The notes under the pieces: model-generated
Databases searched by the model: none
Told to the model about the DNA's origin: nothing
Seen by the model: the letters and a program-made list of their open reading frames with translations, nothing else
Program-made: the position numbers and the translations under genes
Shown: positions 1 to 9,300 of the stretch, one piece after another
Numbering within the stretch: position 1 is the stretch's first letter
How the letters are laid out: the number at the start of each line of letters is the position of its first letter
IMG/VR virus record: IMGVR_UViG_3300006155_000004
Strand: one strand, 5' to 3'
Length of the DNA: 64,000 nt
From: a virus

Positions 1-392
1 TCATAAAAGGGCATGAAACGCCAGAGTATATCAGCGTTGGGCTTGATGAATACATCGGCAGAAAGAAAGATGGAACTGTAAACAGCCAGTGGAGCAAAAA
101 GCCAGGGACTATGATACGGAAAGTTGCAGTAGTGCAAGCGTTAAGAGAGGCTTTCCCAGACAGATTTCAGGGAATGTATGCGCAAGAAGAAATGCAAGAG
201 GTTTCGGACATTCAGCTTGATACGCAAGAAGTTGTAGCGAGGGAGATAGAACAAAACGCCAATTCCGTGCCATTCGAGGCAATCGAAGAAAAGCCAGAAC
301 CGCCGACCGTGCCAAAGGCGCAGACGAAAGAGAAAGAGCCTGTCAAAGTTGAGGGTGAACAGGAGTTGCCGGATTTTATGAAAGCGGATTAG
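1..392 (+). CDS. recT: RecT/Bet-family single-strand annealing recombinase, C-terminal part (5' end outside window)
   Basis: Frame-3 ORF open from base 3 to TAG 390-392; ...KVAVVQALREAFPDRFQGMYAQEEM resembles the conserved RecT-family C-terminal segment, followed by an acidic tail. Confidence 0.55.
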   Translation, partial: IKGHETPEYISVGLDEYIGRKKDGTVNSQWSKKPGTMIRKVAVVQALREAFPDRFQGMYAQEEMQEVSDIQLDTQEVVAREIEQNANSVPFEAIEEKPEPPTVPKAQTKEKEPVKVEGEQELPDFMKAD

Positions 393-402
393 GAGGGGCG
401 TT

Positions 403-624
403 ATGTGCAAACTATGTAGTGATGAAAATGTAGGAAACCTAACGCCGCTAAGTTCTGAAAATATTCCATTCGGAGAAAGCTACTTGGAACTGGAAATATT
501 TTTTGGGAGAAACGATGACGGAAAAGCAAGAGTAAGAGCGGGCTTGTTTGACGGTTGCGAAACAATAAAGGAAGTCACATGGGAAACCCGATACTGTCCT
601 GCATGCGGGAGAAAACTTGAATAA
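403..624 (+). CDS. hypothetical zinc-ribbon protein (CxxC...CPAC)
   Basis: ORF track; GGAGGGG RBS 5 nt upstream of ATG; two Cys pairs. Confidence 0.6.
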   Translation: MCKLCSDENVGNLTPLSSENIPFGESYLELEIFFGRNDDGKARVRAGLFDGCETIKEVTWETRYCPACGRKLE

Positions 625-677
625 TCAGAATTTTCGAAAGCGCAATATACATTTTATTCTTTAAGCAGGAGGAAAGC

Positions 678-845
678 ATGGAAAGACCAGAAAAAATAGA
701 AACATTTATGTATGCGTTAATTAAAAACGCAAGCATGATTAGCCGAGTTGAATTTTTTGAAGATTGGGGCATTTCGAAAGAAGAAATGAACGAATGCATA
801 AAATACGTCAAGGAAAAATTGGAAGTAAATAATATTTATGCGTAG
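678..845 (+). CDS. hypothetical small protein (55 aa)
   Basis: Hand-translated ATG 678 to TAG 843-845; AGGAGGA RBS at 668-674; below the ORF-track length cutoff. Confidence 0.5.
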   Translation: MERPEKIETFMYALIKNASMISRVEFFEDWGISKEEMNECIKYVKEKLEVNNIYA

Positions 846-887
846 CCACACGGCGGACTTTCTTTCGTGGGAAGTCCGCAAATAATA

Positions 888-905
888 GAGCACTCTCGGA
901 AACTC
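888..905. repeat. IS terminal inverted repeat (left in window)
   Basis: GAGCACTCTCGGAAACTC is the reverse complement (16/18) of 2768-2785. Confidence 0.75.
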
Positions 906-1070
906 AATAGAGAATAAGCAGGAAAAGGTTGATTTTCAGAAATGAGAGGGATAAGGGATGGATGATTATGGGGCTTGAGCAGTCCAGAGAGCATAAAGAA
1001 TAAAAATGTGCATGACTTTAAAACCTGTCGAAAAACAGGCCTGAAAGAATCCAGAAGCAGGAAACTTGGT

Positions 1071-2552
1071 TTATGCCACTGCCTGCACCTGCTGTTTATA
1101 GCGGGCATCCAGATGGATGCAGATTCCAATCATGGTTGTCATGAAAGAATAATGCTCCTTTGTGTGTATGAACATACGGTGCAGTCCGTAATCATTGAGG
1201 ATGCGGTTGTTGATACGTTCCGTGGCGGTGCGTTGATTATAAATCTTCTTATAAGCATCTGTGCCGCGGGGGACGTCGGTGTAAAGCCGGATATCCCATT
1301 CGGGCCGGGTCTTGACGACTCTCCCATATTTGGAATCGGTGCAGGAGTTTTTACATTTGGAACAGTGATCTTTCCCATAGGGGCAGCGCCACATGAGGTA
1401 ACCGCTGGATCTGTCATAACCGTTAGGCTTCATGCGCAGTTTTTCCTGACATAAGGGTGTTCCATCTTTGTCAATGGTGATGGTATCAGGAATTGTTTTT
1501 GGCCGGCCGCATTTGTCGTTCAGGTCGATGAAGGCCCGTATTCCCCTGTTTTTAAGGATCCGGTAGGTGGGGTAATTGTCCATTGCAGAATCCAGGCACA
1601 TATTCGAAGTGGAAACAGCCGGCATATGTTTTTCCAGTTCATGGAAAGCGACAAGGAAATTGACCGAATCATGACGCTTTGCACTGGTAAAACGCAGAAG
1701 CAGGGGGAGATCTGTCCTGAGTTCACTGTTATAGCAGGATAATTGGAACAAAGTGTAGCCGAAGTAATATTTTTCCAGGTCGCTGTCCCAGCCCCAGGAA
1801 GCATCGGGGTCGGGGAAATGCCGCAGGTTTTCCGGTGCGCCAACCCTGTGGTGCCCGCGTGGGCAGGCATGGGTATGCACGGCGGTGCCGTCTCCGGAAA
1901 CCGTAAGGTGTTCCCTTGGTATGAGGCCGGATTCCATGGAAGGCAGGACAGCCACGTGATAGAAGAAGCGCTGCAGCCGCCCTTCAAAGTTAAAAGGGAT
2001 ATCCTTCCCGCTCATGAGCCGTTTTTCGATAGATTCTGTGATTTTGGGCTTTGCCTCCTGTGCTTTCTGTTTTTTGCCTTTGGGCTTATCCGGCTTTTTG
2101 GTGTTCCAGGAAGCCGGAAGCAGTTTGTCCCGCGCATATAAGTCCGTTGGCGGTGCAGCCCAGAGCCTGTCCATGAAGTCAAAATAAGAACCGAGGGGCG
2201 GCAGGGAATCCGAAGTGCAGCCGATGAGAGCGGCAAGGAGGCGGTCATGTTTGAGCCTGTCGACCCAAAGGGTAAGGGATAGCTTGGCCAAACCTTCTGA
2301 AAATAGAAGAAAGAAAAGGATAAAAGACCTTAAGATTTGTGGCTGGTTCTTAGCGGGCCTGCCAGTGTTGGAGTAAAAGGGCAGAAGGAACTCCATGGCC
2401 TTATCGGTATCGAAAAGGCGGAGTTTCTGCCATGGTTTCCAAAGCTCCGTATGGAGCCGGACTCTTTCAGAGGAATCGAAATGGACTTTGGATTCGTTGA
2501 GAAAGTACTTGTAATCTTGCATGGACTGCCAGTACTTGATCATAAAGTGCAC
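1071..2552 (-). CDS. DDE transposase (IS4/IS5-superfamily)
   Basis: 493-aa ORF; C-terminal YNQRTATERINNRILNDYGL matches the Y-R-E-K region typical of DDE_Tnp_1 transposases; lies between the IS inverted repeats. Confidence 0.85.
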   Translation of the reverse strand: MHFMIKYWQSMQDYKYFLNESKVHFDSSERVRLHTELWKPWQKLRLFDTDKAMEFLLPFYSNTGRPAKNQPQILRSFILFFLLFSEGLAKLSLTLWVDRLKHDRLLAALIGCTSDSLPPLGSYFDFMDRLWAAPPTDLYARDKLLPASWNTKKPDKPKGKKQKAQEAKPKITESIEKRLMSGKDIPFNFEGRLQRFFYHVAVLPSMESGLIPREHLTVSGDGTAVHTHACPRGHHRVGAPENLRHFPDPDASWGWDSDLEKYYFGYTLFQLSCYNSELRTDLPLLLRFTSAKRHDSVNFLVAFHELEKHMPAVSTSNMCLDSAMDNYPTYRILKNRGIRAFIDLNDKCGRPKTIPDTITIDKDGTPLCQEKLRMKPNGYDRSSGYLMWRCPYGKDHCSKCKNSCTDSKYGRVVKTRPEWDIRLYTDVPRGTDAYKKIYNQRTATERINNRILNDYGLHRMFIHTKEHYSFMTTMIGICIHLDARYKQQVQAVA

Positions 2553-2767
2553 CTCCTAGTAGTTTAGTTTAATGCTGTGCGTGTGGCACAGACGCTTCTT
2601 AACTACAAGGGGCGCGTTTGGCGATTGGCGTATATGGTCACCAAACGCGCCGCACATTTTGACTTATATGTCAATACTTTTTTGAAAATTTAACAAAAAT
2701 GTTTTCCGGGATATGGAGGAAAGCAAAAAAGAAGAACATGAAAAAAGAGCGGAAATTCGGGCTTAAA

Positions 2768-2785
2768 GAGTTTCCGAGACCGCTC
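2768..2785. repeat. IS terminal inverted repeat (right in window)
   Basis: GAGTTTCCGAGACCGCTC; partner of 888-905. Confidence 0.75.
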
Positions 2786-2810
2786 ATAATATGAGATTGG
2801 AGGGATTTCA

Positions 2811-2981
2811 ATGAAAACAAAAATTGAATTAGATAAAGAAGATATAAGAAGAATTATCGCAGAACATTTTTCTGTGAATGAAGATAGAGTGACAGTCGGT
2901 GCAAAAGAAATGTGCGTTGGATGTGGAATGATGGAGCATAATGAAAGCGTACCGTATTGCATTGTTGAAAAGACGGATTAA
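2811..2981 (+). CDS. hypothetical small protein (56 aa)
   Basis: Hand-translated ATG 2811 to TAA 2979-2981; GGAGGG RBS at 2799-2804, immediately after the IS right end. Confidence 0.5.
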   Translation: MKTKIELDKEDIRRIIAEHFSVNEDRVTVGAKEMCVGCGMMEHNESVPYCIVEKTD

Positions 2982-3051
2982 ATAGAAAAACCGTTTTGTA
3001 ATTGTGAATTTGGAGAATGTTTATTATTTGGAGAGTTAAGGAGGGCGAGGA

Positions 3052-3264
3052 ATGGGTATTTTTATTGATATTTGCGTGTTTGTAGTTCTGTCCGTTTTAC
3101 CGTATGCAATATTGATTCTTCTTTGTAAATATGGAACAAAAGGGCAACATATAAGAGTTACGCTTGGTGCTTTAATGGTTTGTTTGGCGGCGAGTTGTTT
3201 GATAAACGGATTTCTTGGCTGCTGGATTTTAATAAATTATGGCTTGTTGCCAAAATTATTTTGA
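3052..3264 (+). CDS. small membrane protein (2 predicted TM helices)
   Basis: ORF track; GGAGGG RBS; hydrophobic sequence. Confidence 0.6.
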   Translation: MGIFIDICVFVVLSVLPYAILILLCKYGTKGQHIRVTLGALMVCLAASCLINGFLGCWILINYGLLPKLF

Positions 3265-3284
3265 AGATTAAGGAGGCTTAACAC

Positions 3285-3692
3285 ATGGACATAAAAGAAT
3301 TTGCAAAGTCAATAAGCGGAAAAGAATATGGTTATCCGCAGTTCACCAAAGAGGAAATCGAAACAGCGAAAGAAAGCGGATTTGTCATTGTCTACGGTTG
3401 TTCTGATGACCTTATGGAGTTTGATGGCGCAATTCAGGACAAGGGCGGCTGTTTTGGCGGTGGCGAGGTTTATTTCAACAAGAAAGAGGTATGCCAGGAC
3501 GAAACAGACCATACCGCATTTGATAATTATAGCAACTGCATAAATGCGGTATGGTATATGGACGAAGACGAAAACGGAAATATGATTACATGGACTTACG
3601 AAACCGAGATGCCGCACGAAACCTTTATGATTTATGAGGGCGGAGAGTCTTATTGCAGAGGGATTGTGTTCAGCATTGATGATGTGAAATAG
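3285..3692 (+). CDS. hypothetical protein
   Basis: ORF track; AAGGAGG RBS. Confidence 0.7.
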   Translation: MDIKEFAKSISGKEYGYPQFTKEEIETAKESGFVIVYGCSDDLMEFDGAIQDKGGCFGGGEVYFNKKEVCQDETDHTAFDNYSNCINAVWYMDEDENGNMITWTYETEMPHETFMIYEGGESYCRGIVFSIDDVK

Positions 3693-3705
3693 GAGGAAAT
3701 GGGGA

Positions 3706-3885
3706 ATGAGCGAATTCGTAACTTGCAAAGGAAAAACGGTAGATGACTGCCTTAAATGTGGATTGTATTATTCTTCACACAGCCCACATTATGACAAGGC
3801 TTATAAAAAAGAAGTTATAAGTATTACTTGTTTTTACGGACAAAGTGGAGAATATGACGCAGAAACAAGAAAAAGAGTTGATTAA
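3706..3885 (+). CDS. hypothetical Cys-containing small protein (59 aa)
   Basis: Hand-translated ATG 3706 to TAA 3883-3885; AGGAGGA RBS at 3691-3697. Confidence 0.5.
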   Translation: MSEFVTCKGKTVDDCLKCGLYYSSHSPHYDKAYKKEVISITCFYGQSGEYDAETRKRVD

Positions 3886-3900
3886 GGAGGCTTAACCGAT

Positions 3901-4257
3901 ATGAGGATTTTATCGCAAAACAATGGAAAGTACGATTTGCCGTATGAAAATATAGTTTTAGAGAAAATGATGGATTGCAACACGATTTATGCCTATACAG
4001 GCACAGGGCAGCCGTTTAAGATGGCGGTTTATTCTTCTGCCGAGAAAATGGATAAGGCTATAGAGATGTTGCATGAGGTATACACAGGTATTCCACTTAT
4101 TCTTCAAAATGTGGATATTTCAGAAGAAGCGGAGGAAATGTTTAAGAAATGGAAGAAACAAGGAATATTTGTTGTTTCTGAAAATCAACCGTCAAAAGTT
4201 GAATATGTGGGTAATATTTTGTTCCAATTTCCTGCTGATGATGAAGTGGGGGTATGA
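3901..4257 (+). CDS. hypothetical protein
   Basis: ORF track; AAGGAGG RBS. Confidence 0.7.
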   Translation: MRILSQNNGKYDLPYENIVLEKMMDCNTIYAYTGTGQPFKMAVYSSAEKMDKAIEMLHEVYTGIPLILQNVDISEEAEEMFKKWKKQGIFVVSENQPSKVEYVGNILFQFPADDEVGV

Positions 4258-4258
4258 A

Positions 4259-4654
4259 ATGAACATATCCACATTAGAACAAGTCCGAAAGGACATGGAG
4301 CATGGCGTTTACAACATGACAGAAAACGGGAAATGTACGGGTTGCGACAACTGCTGTTCAAATATTCTGCCAATGACAGACAAGGAAATAGAGGCTATTA
4401 GACGGTACATAAAGAAACACTACATCAAAGAGTGCAAGCATACAATTCCACTTGCAAATCCAGTTCTTGACATGACTTGCCCGTTTCTCAATACAGATAA
4501 GAAAACGGATAAATGCACGATATACAGTGTCCGTCCTGCTATATGCAGATGCTTTATCTGTTCTGAACCGAACGGAGCGTTGAAACATAAGGAATTATGG
4601 CATGGAGTTAGATTGCCTGTGAATGTGAGGGAAACATTTTATGGAAAGGATTGA
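4259..4654 (+). CDS. YkgJ-type putative zinc/iron-chelating protein (CxxCxxCC)
   Basis: In-frame ATG 4259 inside ORF 4073..4654, abutting the upstream stop; CTGCDNCC plus distal CPF...C...C motifs. Confidence 0.6.
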   Translation: MNISTLEQVRKDMEHGVYNMTENGKCTGCDNCCSNILPMTDKEIEAIRRYIKKHYIKECKHTIPLANPVLDMTCPFLNTDKKTDKCTIYSVRPAICRCFICSEPNGALKHKELWHGVRLPVNVRETFYGKD

Positions 4655-4660
4655 AAAGGA

Positions 4661-5260
4661 ATGAACATAAAAGATTTCAAAGCCGGTCAGACGGTTTATG
4701 TTGAACTGACCGGGAACGCAAGCAGAGGAAAGACACCTGAACAATGTATTGAGGAATGGGAGATTACTTCTGTTGGGAGGAAATACATAAAGGCAGCAAA
4801 GAAAGGATATGACAGGCTTTTTAGAGAAAACACTTTTGAATTTCAAGATTACAATGAAAGATTTGTTGAGAAATCGGTTTACTGCGAAAAAAATTATGTT
4901 CTCTACACAACAAGGCAGGAGATTGAGGAAAAACAAGAGAAAAGCAGGCTGTTTCAGGAGATTGAGCAGCGGTTCAGATACGGTTCGCAAAGGGATATTT
5001 CCTTAGAGAAGTTGAGGGCAATACATGGGGTTTTGGATGAAAGCAGAATGTCAGACATTGATTTCCTTAAAACGGTTCGTGAGATTTGCGAGAATAGATG
5101 TCATTCAGGCTTTGAAGATACAGAAGAAGAATATCCACATTGCCCGTTTCCGTGGAGGTTTTGCGATTTGGATAAGAATTTTTATGAAATGACAAATGAT
5201 GAATTAGAGGAAATCTGTAAAACAGCAAGAGACTTTAAAGAGAATTTTCAAAGGAAGTGA
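4661..5260 (+). CDS. hypothetical protein
   Basis: ORF track. Confidence 0.7.
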   Translation: MNIKDFKAGQTVYVELTGNASRGKTPEQCIEEWEITSVGRKYIKAAKKGYDRLFRENTFEFQDYNERFVEKSVYCEKNYVLYTTRQEIEEKQEKSRLFQEIEQRFRYGSQRDISLEKLRAIHGVLDESRMSDIDFLKTVREICENRCHSGFEDTEEEYPHCPFPWRFCDLDKNFYEMTNDELEEICKTARDFKENFQRK

Positions 5261-5261
5261 T

Positions 5262-5849
5262 TTGATTGATTTTGAAGTGTTTAGGGAGTGCGGTTTATTG
5301 AAAGTAGATATTTTTAATACAGAAAACAAGTATCAAATAATTTATGCTGACCCACCTTGGAGAAATCCTAAAAGCTGTACAAAGGCAAGAAATAACGAAA
5401 AACATTATCCGTCAATGGCAACTGATGAAATATGCAGACTCCCAATAACAAATATATCGGAAAGAAACGCAATTCTTTTTCTGTGGATTTGCTTTCCTTG
5501 TTTAGAGTATAGTTTGAAAGTGATAAATTCATGGGGGTTTGAGTATTACGGTTTGGGTTTTGATTGGTGCAAAATAAAATCTGACGGAACGCCCAAAATC
5601 GGATGCGGATATTATACAAGGCAGAACAACGAATTATGCCTTGTTGGAGTAAAATACGGAATGGAAAACAGAATAAAACCACTTGTTAAAAATATCGGTT
5701 GTAGTATTTTGGAACAGCCTAGGGAACACAGCAGAAAGCCAGATATTGTCAGAGAAAATATTATAAAAATTTGCGGAGATATTCCAAGAATCGAGTTATT
5801 TGCAAGACAAGAATATGACGGTTGGGATTGCTGGGGAAATGAAATTTAA
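5262..5849 (+). CDS. MT-A70-family N6-adenine DNA methyltransferase
   Basis: YADPPW catalytic motif near the N-terminus; size and order typical of the MT-A70 family; TTG start per ORF track. Confidence 0.8.
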   Translation: MIDFEVFRECGLLKVDIFNTENKYQIIYADPPWRNPKSCTKARNNEKHYPSMATDEICRLPITNISERNAILFLWICFPCLEYSLKVINSWGFEYYGLGFDWCKIKSDGTPKIGCGYYTRQNNELCLVGVKYGMENRIKPLVKNIGCSILEQPREHSRKPDIVRENIIKICGDIPRIELFARQEYDGWDCWGNEI

Positions 5850-5870
5850 AAAGAAAGCGAGGTGATTTAG

Positions 5871-6620
5871 ATGTTCGTTAGATGTATTGGCACTGGTAGT
5901 AGCGGAAATTGTTACGCTTTATATGACAATTACGGCAAGATACTTCTTTTAGATTTGGGTTTAGCAAGGAAACAAATACTTAGAGGAATTGACTTTAATG
6001 TAACTGATGTTGTCGGGGCGGTAGTGAGCCACGGGCATGGAGACCACGCAAAGTCGGTTAAGGACTTTGAGAATATGGGAATACCTGTTTTCAAGCCCTA
6101 TATTGGAAAATGGAAAATGGCAGAAATGGATAGACATTATCCAACATACTACGGAAAGAGAACGAGAGATTTTAAGGTTCTTGAATTTGACATGACAGAT
6201 AAGAACAACCGATTCATGCACACCAACAATGATGGCTCAGAATGTCCATGTTACGGTTTTTTGATTGAACATGAGGACATGGGGAAGATGTTATACATAA
6301 CCGACGCAGAGCTTGTCAAATGGAGATTTAGTGGTATCAATCACATCTTAATCTCTTGCAACTATCAAAAAAAATATATTTCTGACAGTGCAAAAAGAAG
6401 CCATGTTCTTATGGGGCATATGGAGTTGGAGACGGTAAAGGACTTTATAAAGGCAAATAAATCCAATGCCCTTAGAACTGTCATGTTGTGCCATTTAAGC
6501 CAAGATAGCGCCGACCCGGAGGAATGTCTGTCAGAGATTCAAAATGTCGTTGGAGAGGACGTTAAATGCGTTGTGGCGACGGTGGGAGAAACGGTTGAAT
6601 TAAGTTTGTATCCATTTTAA
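5871..6620 (+). CDS. metallo-beta-lactamase-fold hydrolase
   Basis: SHGHGDH (HxHxDH) zinc-binding motif; RBS GAGGTGA. Confidence 0.7.
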   Translation: MFVRCIGTGSSGNCYALYDNYGKILLLDLGLARKQILRGIDFNVTDVVGAVVSHGHGDHAKSVKDFENMGIPVFKPYIGKWKMAEMDRHYPTYYGKRTRDFKVLEFDMTDKNNRFMHTNNDGSECPCYGFLIEHEDMGKMLYITDAELVKWRFSGINHILISCNYQKKYISDSAKRSHVLMGHMELETVKDFIKANKSNALRTVMLCHLSQDSADPEECLSEIQNVVGEDVKCVVATVGETVELSLYPF

Positions 6621-6630
6621 GGAGGTTTCC

Positions 6631-6945
6631 ATGAAGATAGAATTTGACGAAAACGATTTGAAATATATAGAGAAAATCAATGAGGATTTGAAATCTGGTG
6701 AGCAAATCCCTTTGTTTGTTGGAACGGTTGGTAAAAGATATTTTATTGAGTTTACTTGTGAGGACATAGCTAAAGCTAATGCGTTTTCCATGATGTTTAT
6801 GAACCCTAACGCTGAAAAGATACGGGAATTAAAGGAAAGATTAGGGATAACGGTAAACTGTATAAGCTATTGTTCGGGTGATTCAAAACGAGAGGAACTT
6901 AAAAGATATTTGGAGAAAATGTTGCGTGAATTGGAACAGATGTAG
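6631..6945 (+). CDS. hypothetical protein
   Basis: ORF track; AAGGAGG RBS. Confidence 0.7.
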   Translation: MKIEFDENDLKYIEKINEDLKSGEQIPLFVGTVGKRYFIEFTCEDIAKANAFSMMFMNPNAEKIRELKERLGITVNCISYCSGDSKREELKRYLEKMLRELEQM

Positions 6946-6974
6946 CGGAAAGCGGTTGAATTGAAAGAAAGCAG

Positions 6975-7310
6975 GTGTCCGTTTTGATAGATTTATACCC
7001 TACAAAATGCAATCTATGTGGCGGTACGGTTGTTTACATAAGCAATTCAAAAATCTATGGCAGGGAATACGGAAGCGGAAAATGTTATTACTGTGCAAAC
7101 TGCGGTTCTTATGTCGGAACGCACAAGCCAAGACCGAAAGAAGCATTGGGGATTTTAGGAAATGGCAAAATGCGTGAAATGAAAATGAAGTGCCATGAAT
7201 TATTCGACCGACAATGGAAGAACGAGAAAACTTCCAAGAAAAGGCATATCGCAAGGAAGAAAGCATATGAGGATTTGGCGGTTAAGCTGAATATTCCGGT
7301 TGAAGAATGA
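6975..7310 (+). CDS. zinc-finger protein (DUF3268-like)
   Basis: CNLCGG...CYYCANCGSYVGTH pattern; GTG start per ORF track (TTG 6984 is an alternative). Confidence 0.55.
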   Translation: MSVLIDLYPTKCNLCGGTVVYISNSKIYGREYGSGKCYYCANCGSYVGTHKPRPKEALGILGNGKMREMKMKCHELFDRQWKNEKTSKKRHIARKKAYEDLAVKLNIPVEE

Positions 7311-7368
7311 CATTTCGGATATTTTGATATGGATATGCTGAATAAGGATTATGGGATTTTGAAAGGCG

Positions 7369-7731
7369 GTGTCTGTTTTGAATGAAAAAGAAATCATGGA
7401 GGAAATACATAAAACCGTCAGCGAAACAATGGATAGAGAGATTATGAAATGCCTTGGCGTGGAGTATCACAAGCCAAAAGAAACAAAATGTAATCCGTTA
7501 GAAGATGCGAAAAATATGATTGCCAAAATGAGTACGGTAATCATGTGCAGTGAAAGTGATAAAAAGAAGTTGGAAGAACAGGAATTGCCCGGAATGACGA
7601 CGATTATCCCTAGTCAGTATTTGGAAGACGGAACGGTTTACATGATAACAGATGAAAAGCTGAAAGGATATATGTTGGAATCGGAAAGAAGAAAACGGTT
7701 AAGAGAAAAGAAATCTGATAAGGCAGATTAA
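7369..7731 (+). CDS. hypothetical protein
   Basis: ORF track; start uncertain (GTG 7369 or TTG 7378). Confidence 0.6.
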   Translation: MSVLNEKEIMEEIHKTVSETMDREIMKCLGVEYHKPKETKCNPLEDAKNMIAKMSTVIMCSESDKKKLEEQELPGMTTIIPSQYLEDGTVYMITDEKLKGYMLESERRKRLREKKSDKAD

Positions 7732-7790
7732 CCGCCCACACATCGGCAGGATTGCAAAATATCCATTTTGAGAAAGAGAGGGAAAGATTT

Positions 7791-8255
7791 ATGACAATAA
7801 ATTATATCTTAGAAAATATTTTTTCAGATCATTACATCAAATGGCATTGTAAGGACGTTGATAGTATTGCTATGACTGAATTTAACGTTGCATGTCCGAT
7901 TGGTGCACCGTTTTCTGAGCCGATTATTGACGTTAAAGAAGTTTATGTAAAAACAAAGTGCATTGTATCTCCATCACGCAAATATAAGGAAAATTGGGCA
8001 AGAGTTGTATGCCTGATTAATTCTAACGATCCAAGCGATGTAGACAAGATACTAACAGTTAGACAAGTCCTCGAGAGATTAAAACAATTTGACGGAGAGC
8101 TTGAATTGTGCGGCACAGATAAGGGGCATGATTTTAATTCTAATAATTGGGTTTGTGCTTTTATAAACATTCTTGACGGAACAAGCAATGACGAATGCGA
8201 GAAACATAATATTCCACAGAATTACAAAGGAACCATAACAAATTTTTTAACATAA
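7791..8255 (+). CDS. hypothetical protein
   Basis: In-frame ATG 7791 with GAGGGA RBS inside ORF 7752..8255. Confidence 0.6.
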   Translation: MTINYILENIFSDHYIKWHCKDVDSIAMTEFNVACPIGAPFSEPIIDVKEVYVKTKCIVSPSRKYKENWARVVCLINSNDPSDVDKILTVRQVLERLKQFDGELELCGTDKGHDFNSNNWVCAFINILDGTSNDECEKHNIPQNYKGTITNFLT

Positions 8256-8288
8256 AAAAAGAAATACTTCGCCCAGAAAGGAGAAACT

Positions 8289-8621
8289 ATGGGAACAAAC
8301 TATTATTTAGTCAAAAACAGACCGTCTATTGACAGAGGGTTGCATATCGGAAAATCTTCTATTGGTTGGAGATTTCTTTTTCACAAACCGTCAATTTGGG
8401 ATGTTGACAAGCCATTAAATACATTTGAACAATGGAGAGATTATCTCAAAGAAACAACAGAGGCAGGAACACACGTCATTATGAACGAGTATGACGAGAT
8501 TGTTTCGTATGAATGGCTTATGGAACTGATTAAAAACAAGCAAGAAGAGGACAGCCCTGATATGTTTCAATATTGCGAAAATGTCAATGGGTATCGGTTT
8601 TCTGATGGAGAGTTTAGTTAG
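8289..8621 (+). CDS. hypothetical protein
   Basis: ORF track; AAAGGAG RBS. Confidence 0.7.
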   Translation: MGTNYYLVKNRPSIDRGLHIGKSSIGWRFLFHKPSIWDVDKPLNTFEQWRDYLKETTEAGTHVIMNEYDEIVSYEWLMELIKNKQEEDSPDMFQYCENVNGYRFSDGEFS

Positions 8622-8632
8622 GAGGGGTTGAA

Positions 8633-8863
8633 TTGAAATTTGTGTTGAATGGTTGCGACATATCATTTGTTGCGGAAGCGCCAGAGGATATCACATTGAA
8701 ACAGCTTATCAAACAGTGTGACAAAATCAAGCCTGATTGGTGTGCTTGCGGCATATGTTCTTTGGGTTATGTCGGATATTCGGAAGATATAGAAGCGGAT
8801 ATTGCAATCGGATATGACACGATTGAAAAAGTTGGTGATGTTTCTTGCAGTATTGAGGATTGA
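8633..8863 (+). CDS. hypothetical protein
   Basis: ORF track; TTG start 5 nt after GGAGGGG. Confidence 0.55.
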   Translation: MKFVLNGCDISFVAEAPEDITLKQLIKQCDKIKPDWCACGICSLGYVGYSEDIEADIAIGYDTIEKVGDVSCSIED

Positions 8864-8874
8864 AAGGAGAACCT

Positions 8875-9300
8875 ATGGCAGAAAAGAAATTATCAGAGGA
8901 ATTAAGGCATTGTTTGAAATATGACGCTTGCGGAGATTGTCAATACTACAAGCCAGAAACAAAATTTACTTGCCGAGGCTTGCTGCAAAAGGCGTATGAA
9001 GTGGTTAAGCGGTATGAGGAAATGGATGAATGCAGGAATGTTTTGAAACTTCCAATAAATATAGAAACGCCAATTTATTCTATCGAATATTGTTGCGGTG
9101 AAAACAAAGACAATAAGATGGGAATGTGTTTTAGGGGATTTTGTTCTGATTGTGAAAAGAAATCTCATTACATTTTGGAAGCAACAGCAAAAAGTTCTTG
9201 CCAAATTTCGGAAATTGGTAAAAGCGTTTTTCTGTCGAAAGAAGCTGCTAAAAAGGCATTAAAGGAAATGGAGGATAGGAAGAATGGAGAGATTGACTGA
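8875..9300 (+). CDS. hypothetical protein (LKLP...GK-VFL-EEA paralog family)
   Basis: In-frame ATG 8875 with AAGGAGA RBS; shares a C-terminal module with 9284.. and 20953.. Confidence 0.65.
   Translation: MAEKKLSEELRHCLKYDACGDCQYYKPETKFTCRGLLQKAYEVVKRYEEMDECRNVLKLPINIETPIYSIEYCCGENKDNKMGMCFRGFCSDCEKKSHYILEATAKSSCQISEIGKSVFLSKEAAKKALKEMEDRKNGEID

Larger units (their letters stand above)
888..2785 (-). mobile_element. insertion sequence (IS4-superfamily type, IS1634/IS1182-like), about 1.9 kb
   Basis: 18-bp imperfect terminal inverted repeats (888-905 / 2768-2785, 16/18), flanked by direct ATAATA at 882-887 and 2786-2791; single 493-aa DDE transposase ORF; visibly higher GC than flanks. Confidence 0.8.

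Noticed and set aside
853-879. GCGGACTT/AAGTCCGC hairpin after 678..845 as an intrinsic terminator
   Set aside because: A good stem, but no U-run follows on either strand. It is noted only as the sequence adjoining the IS target site.
975-2141. Plus-strand ORFs inside the IS (975..1454, 1743..2141) and the alternative minus-frame ORFs (1139..1417, 1520..1987)
   Set aside because: They overlap the 493-aa transposase gene. The products are not protein-like and have no RBS.
3309-3728. Minus-strand ORFs throughout the early region (for example 3309..3728, 13706..14068, 14658..15050, 17194..17637)
   Set aside because: All are antisense to tightly packed plus-strand genes, hydrophobic or low-complexity, and lack Shine-Dalgarno sequences.
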